64,000 bases of DNA from Candidatus Thermofontivivens primus (lineage in GTDB: Bacteria > Sysuimicrobiota > Sysuimicrobiia > Sysuimicrobiales > Thermofontiviventaceae), in the NCBI GenBank assembly GCA_031458695.1, contig JAVKJW010000003.1, positions 73,105 through 137,104 of the forward strand. The letters run 5' to 3'. Positions within the stretch are counted from its first letter, which is position 1. Each line of letters begins with the position of its first letter. A program made the translations under genes and the position numbers. Positions 56,831 through 64,000 of this stretch are shown piece after piece. The notes beneath the pieces are model-generated. The model searched no databases. It worked only from the letters and a program-made list of their open reading frames with translations, and was not told the origin of the DNA.

Positions 56831-57811
56831 ATGGGTTCAAGAACGGTCGTTGGAATCAAGTCCACCCAGATGGAAATGCTCCAGCTTGTCCGGCCGGAGC
56901 ATGCCAACCCTCTCGGCACCCTCTATGGCGGCCGGATGATGGACTGGATTGCAACGGTTGCGACGCTGGCCGCCATGCGCCTGGCGAAAGGGCAGGTTGT
57001 GCTCGGTACTATGGACGATCTGGACTTTCTGAACCCCGTCCATGTGGGCGATGTCGTCACCCTACGGGCGCAGGTGGAGTACGTCGGGCGCAGTTCCATG
57101 GAGGTAGGTGTGGAGGTATTTGCAGAAGATCCGCGGACAGGGGTGAGGCGGCGCACAACCTCCTCACACTTGGCGATCGTTGCAGTGGATGAGAAAGGCC
57201 AGCCGCGTCCCGTGGGTGCGGAGGTCCTCCCAGACGGACCGGAGGAGCAGGAGATCTGGGAGCGTGCGCGGGAGCGGAAAGCAATGCGTAACGCCAGGTT
57301 ACAAGATCGCGCCGCCCGGGCCCGCGAAGTGGAAGGGGAGGAGGTCGAGGGCGGGATCGTGCTGAGCAGGATTGTGTTCCCGGAGGATGCTGTCCTGGGG
57401 ACTTTGATGTTCGCTGGCCGGTTGATGATGGATCTTGACGAGATCGCCATGATCGTGGCCACACGCCACTGCCGGGGGCAGGTGGTGACGGCCTCCGTGG
57501 ACACCCTCTCGTTCTATGCGCCCATCCACGTGGGGGAGTTCGTCGTGTACAAGGCGGCGCTGAACCATGTAGGGAGGACCTCCATGGAGATCGGCATCAA
57601 GACCCTTGCAGAGAACCCCTACACCGGGGAGCTGCGGCACACCTGCACGGCTTTCTTTACGGCCGTCCACCTCGATCCCTCTGGGAGGCCCGCGCCAGTT
57701 CCTCCGTACGAACCCAAGACCCCCTGGGAGCAAAGACGCTGGCAGGCCGCCGAGGAGCGCCGCCGCGCCAGGCTGGCCAGAATTGCCAAGCTCCGAGAGG
57801 CACGTACATGA
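56831..57811 (+). CDS. Double hotdog acyl-CoA thioesterase
   Basis: PEHANPLGTLYGG, YVGRSSMEV; second domain VFPED...MFAG, VTASVD, VGRTSMEI. Confidence 0.9.
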   Translation: MGSRTVVGIKSTQMEMLQLVRPEHANPLGTLYGGRMMDWIATVATLAAMRLAKGQVVLGTMDDLDFLNPVHVGDVVTLRAQVEYVGRSSMEVGVEVFAEDPRTGVRRRTTSSHLAIVAVDEKGQPRPVGAEVLPDGPEEQEIWERARERKAMRNARLQDRAARAREVEGEEVEGGIVLSRIVFPEDAVLGTLMFAGRLMMDLDEIAMIVATRHCRGQVVTASVDTLSFYAPIHVGEFVVYKAALNHVGRTSMEIGIKTLAENPYTGELRHTCTAFFTAVHLDPSGRPAPVPPYEPKTPWEQRRWQAAEERRRARLARIAKLREART

Positions 57812-58260
57812 TCGAGTGGGCCGTGGTGGTAGCGGTGAGTTTCCTCCCATGGGTGGAGCTGCGAGGGGCGATTCCCCTGGGGGTTGCTATGGGGCTTTCT
57901 CCCCTTTGGACGTGGATCCTGGCTGTCGCCGCCAACTGCCTGATCATTTTCCCTACCTTTATAATTCTGGATCTCTTCTATACTCGCTGGCTGGGTAAGA
58001 TCGCCTGGATTCAGAACACGGTCGGCCGGATCCGCCGGAAGGGGGAGGGGTACATTGCCAGGTACGAGCTATTGGGGCTTGCCCTGTTTGTGGCCATCCC
58101 TCTTCCTGGGACAGGGGCTTACGCAGGGACGGTACTCGCTTGGCTGCTCGGCCTCCCCCGCAGAAAGTCGGGACTCGTGATTGCCTGCGGGGTCGCCGTC
58201 GCAGGCGTCCTTGTGACCCTTGGGGTAACGGGCACGGTCCGGCTCCTACGCCTCTTCTGA
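57808..58260 (+). CDS. Small multidrug-export-like membrane protein (COG2426 type)
   Basis: SFLPWVELRGAIP, LFVAIPLPGTGAY.G. Confidence 0.88.
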   Translation: MIEWAVVVAVSFLPWVELRGAIPLGVAMGLSPLWTWILAVAANCLIIFPTFIILDLFYTRWLGKIAWIQNTVGRIRRKGEGYIARYELLGLALFVAIPLPGTGAYAGTVLAWLLGLPRRKSGLVIACGVAVAGVLVTLGVTGTVRLLRLF

Positions 58261-58262
58261 GG

Positions 58263-58372
58263 ATGAAGCCGATTCGCCTTTCAGGACATGCTCATGAGCA
58301 GATAAGCTATCGCGGAGCAACGGAACAGGAGGTTGTGGAAACGATTCGGACTGCTATGTATACTATTTTTGA
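58263..58372 (+). pseudogene. Internally deleted DUF4258-like toxin gene
   Basis: MKPIRLSGHAHEQISYRGATEQEVVETIRTA joined out of frame to tat-gta-tac-tat-ttt-tga (YVYYF*), the typical family C-terminus. Confidence 0.65.
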
Positions 58373-58387
58373 CGCGGGGGTAACACA

Positions 58388-58604
58388 ATGAGGATTACTT
58401 ACGACGCCGAAGTGGATGCATTGTACATTCGCTTTTTTTGAAACAACCGTGACCACCCAGCATGTCGCTGAGGGCATTGCTGTGGACTATTCGGCCGATG
58501 GTCGCATTACAGGTATTGAGATGTTGGACGCACGTAAACGCTTCGGCGATCCCGAGGTATTCAGGCGGGTCGTGCTTGAAGATGTGGGGATATCGAAAAG
58601 GTAA
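58388..58604 (+). pseudogene. Frameshifted DUF2283-family protein (putative antitoxin)
   Basis: MRITYDAEVDALYIRFF* then, after removing one T of the T7 run at 58433-58439, ETTVTTQHVAEGIAVDYSADGRITGIEMLDA... Confidence 0.8.
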
Positions 58605-58630
58605 GGCTGGACCCGCTGGAGGGTGCAAGG

Positions 58631-61600
58631 ATGATCGTGCTTCACGCCGGGGTTGAGGGCGGGGCGTTTCTCCTCTGGGGCGAGGTGCCTTTGGACCGGG
58701 AAGGCACTCCTCCCGAGAGGAAAGGGCGGCGAGGGAGTGCACAGACTTCCCCACCTCTTCCCTACGATGCCGGCGCTGATCGCTTGGTCGAAGCTCTTGG
58801 AGAAGGAGGCCTTGGTTCGATACCCAAGGGAGAACGCCCTGAAGCGGTGACGGTTTGGCTGCCCACGATCAACGGTACTCCGGTAGCGTCCAGCCCGCTG
58901 ATTGCTGAATTTCCTGCTTCCCGTACTAAGCCCATCCTGAGACCTTGGAAGGTTACAGGGCTCCGCCTCCCGATCCAAAAGGCCATCGAGGTGCTCGCTG
59001 CCTGCGCAGACAGACCGATGCTGGCACCCGGTGTCCTTGTGGGGAAGGATCTGTCGTTTTGGGCGACGGCTATGCGCTTTGCCGGTGCACTCGTGGCAGG
59101 GCAGCAATTCCTGCCTTCGCTCGCCAAAGAGAACGGCCTCTACCGGGCCTGTTGGAAGCCAGTTCTATCCGGCCCCAATGCCGAACGGTTCGCAAAGCTC
59201 GCCAAGGCAATGCCGGCCGTCGCTCGGGCATTGACCCGTGAAACCGATTCGCCTCCCTCAGTCCCTTCGGCCTCCGTCCTCAAAAGGTTCGTGGAGGAGG
59301 TCGTTGACCATCTCATTCGCTTCTCGGATAGGTCCTCACCTCCTCAGGTTGACCGGAAGCGGCGGGGAGCGGCGTTCTCAAGCGTTCATGACCAGTGGTT
59401 GTATGCCCTCCGGTCTGTCGATGGGGTGATGGAAGGTGATGAGGAGGAGCTTGAGGAGTTCTTGGCCCAGGTCCAAAGATGGCAACGCCCCGTCGCCGTT
59501 CTGACGACCGCCCCGTTCCGACTCTGCTTGCGCCTCGAGGAGCCCGGCGAGAAGGACCCAGATCGGTGGCGGGTTCGATACTTCCTCCAAGCCGTAGATG
59601 ACCCTAGCCTTCTCGTCCCGGCGCACCATGCTTGGAAATCTGAAGGAGATGGAGCATCGCCTTCCAGGGGAACCCGGCGAACCCCCCTCAAGATCTTGTT
59701 AGATTCCTATGGCGGATTCAATGCCAAGGAGTACTTGCTCTCCTCCCTGGGCCAAGCGTCCCGCTTCTGCCCGCGCATCGAGGCCAGCCTAAATGCAGTT
59801 GCCCCCGATGGATACGACCTGGATACCCTGGGAGCCTATGAGTTCCTCACGGAGAAGGCTCCGGCGCTGGAACAGGCAGGCTTTGGCATCCTGCTTCCCT
59901 CCTGGTGGACGCGCAGGGGGACGAAGCTTCGGTTGACGGCGCGCGCCCAGGTGAAAAGCCATCCGATGCAGGCGAAGGGCCGCCTTTCCCTCGATTCCAT
60001 TATCCAGTTTGACTGGCAGGTGGCCTTGGGGAAGGAGCAGCTCACGGCAGAGGAGCTGTTCGCGCTGGCGAAGCTCAAAGTGCCGTTGGTGAAAATCCGC
60101 GGCCAGTGGGTCGAGGTTAACGCCGAGGAGATCCGAGCGGCCATTGATCTCCTGAAGAAGCGGGGGTCGGCCACCGTAGGGGAGATCGTCCAGATGGCGT
60201 TGGGCGCTGGGAAGCTGCCGGCTCCCCTGGCGTTTGGAGGGGTCGTGGCAAGGGGGTGGATCGCCGATCTGCTGGCGCAGCTCGAAGGTCGGGCCGCCTT
60301 CGATATACTCCCCCCGCCAAATGGGTTTCAGGGGACGTTGCGTCCATACCAGGTGCGCGGCTACTCCTGGCTTGCCTTCCTGCGACGCTGGGGCCTCGGG
60401 GCGTGTTTGGCGGACGATATGGGATTGGGGAAAACGATCCAGACTCTGGCGCTCATCCAGCGGGACTGGGAGTCCAACGGAGGCCGGCCGGTCCTGGTGG
60501 TCTGTCCGACCTCCGTGGTCGGCAACTGGCAGAAAGAGGCAGCCCGGTTCACGCCGGATCTCCCCGTCCTGGTCCACCACGGCATCGCCAGGGCGAAGGG
60601 GGAAGCGTTCAAGAAGAAGGCCGAAAGTTCGGCCATTGTTATCGTGAGCTATGCCCTTCTCCATCGGGATTTGGAGGTCCTGAAAGAGGTCCCCTGGGCA
60701 GGGGTGATCCTAGACGAGGCGCAGAACATCAAGAACTACGAGACCAAGCAGGCGAAGGCCGCGAGGGCGCTCCAGGCGGGCTATCGCATCGCCCTCACCG
60801 GGACGCCTGTGGAGAACAACGTCGGAGAGCTCTGGTCCATCATGGAGTTCCTGAACCCCGGCTTCCTCGGCGGTGCGACCGAGTTCAAGAGGAGATTCTT
60901 CGTTCCGATCCAGGTCTACCGGGACAAGGATGCGATGGGGCACCTCAAGCGCCTGACCGGCCCGTTCATCTTGAGGCGCCTCAAGACAGACAAAACCATC
61001 ATTGCCGACCTCCCGGAGAAGCTGGAGATGAAGGTCTTCTGCACACTCACCAAAGAACAGGCCTCGCTCTATGAGGCGGTCGTTGAGGAGACGACCTCCC
61101 AACTCGATTCCACCAAGGGCATCCAGCGTAAGGGCCTCATTCTGGCGACGATCATGAAGCTCAAACAGATCTGCAACCATCCGGCGCACTTCTTGGGGGA
61201 TCACTCCCGCATCCCGGGCCGCTCGGGGAAGCTCGTCCGGTTAACCGAGATGCTCGAGGAGATCCTGGAGGTCAGGGATCGCGCTCTTGTGTTTACGCAG
61301 TTTGCCGAGATGGGTGCGATCCTCCAACGCTACCTCCAGGAGACCTTTGGGCGCGAGGTGCTCTTCCTCCACGGGGCTGTCCCGAAGAACCAGCGGGATC
61401 GCATGGTAGAGCGGTTCCAGAGCGATGAAGATGGTCCACCGATCTTCGTCCTTTCCCTCAAGGCCGGCGGGTTGGGTCTGAATCTGACACGAGCGAACCA
61501 TGTCTTTCACTTCGACCGCTGGTGGAACCCGGCTGTGGAGAACCAAGCTACCGACCGCGTATTCCGCATCGGCCAGACCCGGAACGTCCAGGTCCACAAA

Positions 61601-61765
61601 TTCCTGTGCATAGGGACGCTGGAGGAGCGGATTGACGAAATGATCGAACAGAAGAAAGAGGTCGCTGAGATGATCGTAGGGACGGGCGAGGAATGGTTGA
61701 CCGAGCTTTCGACCGCCGAGCTCAAGAAGCTGTTCGCGCTGCGTAAGGAGGCAGTGGGGGAGTAA
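58631..61765 (+). CDS. SNF2-family helicase/ATPase (HelZ-like, long N-terminal region)
   Basis: LRPYQ.RG, CLADDMGLGKT, ILDEAQNIKN, ALTGTPVEN, SGK, SLKAGG.GLNLT, DRWWNPAVENQATDR. Confidence 0.95.
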   Translation: MIVLHAGVEGGAFLLWGEVPLDREGTPPERKGRRGSAQTSPPLPYDAGADRLVEALGEGGLGSIPKGERPEAVTVWLPTINGTPVASSPLIAEFPASRTKPILRPWKVTGLRLPIQKAIEVLAACADRPMLAPGVLVGKDLSFWATAMRFAGALVAGQQFLPSLAKENGLYRACWKPVLSGPNAERFAKLAKAMPAVARALTRETDSPPSVPSASVLKRFVEEVVDHLIRFSDRSSPPQVDRKRRGAAFSSVHDQWLYALRSVDGVMEGDEEELEEFLAQVQRWQRPVAVLTTAPFRLCLRLEEPGEKDPDRWRVRYFLQAVDDPSLLVPAHHAWKSEGDGASPSRGTRRTPLKILLDSYGGFNAKEYLLSSLGQASRFCPRIEASLNAVAPDGYDLDTLGAYEFLTEKAPALEQAGFGILLPSWWTRRGTKLRLTARAQVKSHPMQAKGRLSLDSIIQFDWQVALGKEQLTAEELFALAKLKVPLVKIRGQWVEVNAEEIRAAIDLLKKRGSATVGEIVQMALGAGKLPAPLAFGGVVARGWIADLLAQLEGRAAFDILPPPNGFQGTLRPYQVRGYSWLAFLRRWGLGACLADDMGLGKTIQTLALIQRDWESNGGRPVLVVCPTSVVGNWQKEAARFTPDLPVLVHHGIARAKGEAFKKKAESSAIVIVSYALLHRDLEVLKEVPWAGVILDEAQNIKNYETKQAKAARALQAGYRIALTGTPVENNVGELWSIMEFLNPGFLGGATEFKRRFFVPIQVYRDKDAMGHLKRLTGPFILRRLKTDKTIIADLPEKLEMKVFCTLTKEQASLYEAVVEETTSQLDSTKGIQRKGLILATIMKLKQICNHPAHFLGDHSRIPGRSGKLVRLTEMLEEILEVRDRALVFTQFAEMGAILQRYLQETFGREVLFLHGAVPKNQRDRMVERFQSDEDGPPIFVLSLKAGGLGLNLTRANHVFHFDRWWNPAVENQATDRVFRIGQTRNVQVHKFLCIGTLEERIDEMIEQKKEVAEMIVGTGEEWLTELSTAELKKLFALRKEAVGE

Positions 61766-61767
61766 AG

Positions 61768-62709
61768 ATGGCTTGGCGATGGTATGATTCCAGATACTTT
61801 CCACCCTCGCACCCTATTCCCGTCAGGGGTGGAATCAAAGCGCAGTCCAAGCGGGGGACCTTTGGGGAGAGCTGGTGGGGCAGACGGTGGATCGAGATCC
61901 TGGAGAGCTTCCACATCGGGGCAAGGTTGGAACGGGGGCGATCCTACGCCCGTCGAGGTCAGGTGCTGTCCATTGACATCGGCAAAGGGATTGTCAAGGC
62001 GAGGGTCCAAGGTTCCAGGCCCAAGCCCTACGAGGTCGCCATCGAGATGAAGGTCCTTTCCAACGCCGGCTGGAAGAGGGTAGTTCAAACCCTGTCTAAG
62101 CAGGCGCGCTTTGCCGCAAAGCTCTTGGCCGGTGAAATGCCTCAGGATATTGAGGAGGTCTTCAAACAGGCGGGCGTCTCCCTCTTTCCGGAGAGGCTCA
62201 GGGACTTGAAGACGAACTGCTCCTGCCCAGATTGGTCCAACCCCTGCAAGCACATCGCTGCGGTTTACTATCTTTTGGGCGAAGAGTTCGACCGCGATCC
62301 CTTCCTGCTCTTCACCCTCAGGGGGATGGATAGGGAGGAGTTGGTAGGACTCCTGAGTAGGACCGGTCAGAGATCCGCTGCCCCTTTGCCCGATGCAGGC
62401 GAAGCGATCCGGCAGCCTGAGCCGCTTCCCTTAGAAGCGACCCAGTTTTGGTCTGGGGGCAGTTTGCCTGAAGACCTGTTCGGCGAAGTCCAGGTTCCCC
62501 ATGCCCCGGCAGCCCTGCCCAAGCGCCTGGGAAGCTTTCCATTTTGGCGCGGGGAAGTCCGGTTCCTGGAGGCCATGGAACCCATCTACACCCAGGCCTC
62601 AACACGCGGCATGGAGCTGTTCTTGAGCGGGTTATGGGGCCTGGATAGCCCATCGGCATCCTTATCGGCCCACTCTGCCCTCCCCTCTGGTGGAGGAGGG
62701 CTGCGGTGA
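61768..62709 (+). CDS. SWIM zinc-finger protein
   Basis: RLERGRSYARRG.V, VQGS...Y, CSCPDWSNPCKHIAAV, DPFLLF.LRG. Confidence 0.93.
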   Translation: MAWRWYDSRYFPPSHPIPVRGGIKAQSKRGTFGESWWGRRWIEILESFHIGARLERGRSYARRGQVLSIDIGKGIVKARVQGSRPKPYEVAIEMKVLSNAGWKRVVQTLSKQARFAAKLLAGEMPQDIEEVFKQAGVSLFPERLRDLKTNCSCPDWSNPCKHIAAVYYLLGEEFDRDPFLLFTLRGMDREELVGLLSRTGQRSAAPLPDAGEAIRQPEPLPLEATQFWSGGSLPEDLFGEVQVPHAPAALPKRLGSFPFWRGEVRFLEAMEPIYTQASTRGMELFLSGLWGLDSPSASLSAHSALPSGGGGLR

Positions 62710-62748
62710 AGGCAAAGACCCCTCTTCCGTAAAGGATCGGGATTCTTG

Positions 62749-63357
62749 CTAGCGCGACTCAGGATAGAAAAGCTCTTGCAGCTTCCACTTCTTCTTATGT
62801 GCCCAGAAGGTACCCCCAACGTCGAGGGATTTCCACAATGCGGCCTCTACAGTTACCTCTGTGATCTTCGGAGGGCAAGATCCAGCGGTCGCAAATTGTA
62901 CCGGTAGCCGCACCGTCTTCCGTGCAGCAACTGGAAAATCCCCCGGGCCCTTCAGTACGGCGGCACCCGCTTTTTCATCCCCTACCCAGCTGCTGAGCAA
63001 GATTGCTGAATTTGTACTCATGCCATGTGGCCCTAAGGACTCTTGCTTCCCGTCGGAACGGGCATAGGTGAGGATGATCGTGAGGTACTCTGCGGGAAGT
63101 ACGCATTTTTGCTTGAACTCGTCTGCGAAGTATTCACCCGCCTTTGCGACTTCCAGAACTGCAGTGATCTGAAGAGGTTGGCCTACTTTGAATGGCTCCG
63201 GTGCGATGAGGATATCTTTTACCTTCACGGCATGGTAGCAGGAGATCTTAAGCGCTGGTTGTTGGATCGGTGATTGCGGAGGCTGGACCGTCTGCGACGC
63301 GCTGCTGGTAACCAACAGGAGGGTAAGGGCGACCATTGACAGGAGGACCTTTTTCAT
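62749..63357 (-). CDS. Hypothetical secreted protein
   Basis: Signal peptide MKKVLLSMVALTLLLVTSSAS; RBS GAGGAGG upstream on the minus strand. Confidence 0.7.
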   Translation of the reverse strand: MKKVLLSMVALTLLLVTSSASQTVQPPQSPIQQPALKISCYHAVKVKDILIAPEPFKVGQPLQITAVLEVAKAGEYFADEFKQKCVLPAEYLTIILTYARSDGKQESLGPHGMSTNSAILLSSWVGDEKAGAAVLKGPGDFPVAARKTVRLPVQFATAGSCPPKITEVTVEAALWKSLDVGGTFWAHKKKWKLQELFYPESR

Positions 63358-63721
63358 GGTGATACCTCCTCATGGAGTTTTCTCCATCCCCCCTGGCCGA
63401 TGCACTTCTTCTCTAGACATGTCTCTTTTCCTGCGAGAAGTTGGCCTCAAATTGTAACTTCGGTTGGCTGACTCCCGTGCAGGGTTATCGTCTTACATTC
63501 CGGCCTGATCTTCCTCTGGAGACTCTGCAACGAGGTGCAACTGGAGTGTGGCGTGCGCGGCCTTCATCGTGTTGATGAGTAGCTGCGCATCGGAATCTCT
63601 TCAGGTGGGTGAATGAAAGGACCTGTTGGACCATCCTCCTCCCCCTATTATGTGAGCTCTACATCACGCATATAACAGGAAGGGGCGTCCGAACTCATAT
63701 CCGAAGGTCAGTACACACTTC

Positions 63722-63750
63722 TTGACGAAACCTCCTCTCCTTGATAGAAT
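63722..63750 (+). promoter_or_regulatory. Sigma70-type promoter
   Basis: TTGACG-17 bp-TAGAAT with extended -10 TG at 63742-63743. Confidence 0.7.
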
Positions 63751-64000
63751 TCGCTTAAAGCATATGGCAGGGGAGGAATGGTGCTGCGTTCCTTGCGGCC
63801 CCTTCGTGCAGCTTCCATCTGAACAACTGCCTGCCAGGTAGTATATCCGCGCTTGCTGCAGTTATTGTTCTTACCCAGAAGCTGATCCCCTGAACCAGAT
63901 CATAGAGTACAAAAACGTTCCCCAAACTACGCGTAGCTCTGAAGGCTGTGATGAGGAGGAGGTGGGAGTTTTGGATTGATTCATGGGCAGCAAGATGCTT

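Noticed and set aside
63651..63668. CRP-like site TGTGA...TCACG
   Set aside because: Spacer is 8 bp rather than 6 and the second half-site is imperfect.

Overview
GC-rich bacterial window, almost all genes on the + strand. The solute-binding proteins have signal peptides without a lipobox Cys, which suggests a diderm host. Four blocks: (1) 1-25175, a co-directional acyl-CoA/2-oxoacid cluster: LeuCD-like dehydratase, PaaK-like ligase, LeuA-like synthase, IorAB with a fused ferredoxin, KorABC, TetR, two ABC importers, class III CoA-transferase, enoyl-CoA hydratase, SDR, DUF35 plus SCP2-type thiolase, PrpF/Mii isomerase and a PaaJ/PcaF-like thiolase. (2) tRNA-Cys followed by a small toxin-antitoxin islet (HTH protein, hicA, tailed hicB, DUF3467-like gene, vapC remnant), then pepA and three other genes. 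(3) 32751-56797, an inositol/keto-uronate cluster: iolM/N/O, iolI, iolB-like, Gfo/Idh/MocA dehydrogenase, an epimerase-aldolase fusion, FGGY kinase, hyi, garR, duplicated AfuAB-like transporters, a sugar ABC transporter and two LacI regulators with perfect palindromic operators. (4) A thioesterase, a decayed DUF4258/DUF2283 pair, an SNF2-SWIM pair and a secreted protein. The two best candidates for new biology are inferred pathways: an aryl-malate route from aryl-acetate/aryl-pyruvate to aroyl-CoA + succinyl-CoA, and a kinase/aldolase exit from the IolMNO inositol pathway to DHAP + tartronate semialdehyde. A TAC-like three-gene hicAB module and dispersed 7/8/9-bp junction repeats are also notable. 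All family calls come from motif recognition by eye; no database searches were run.
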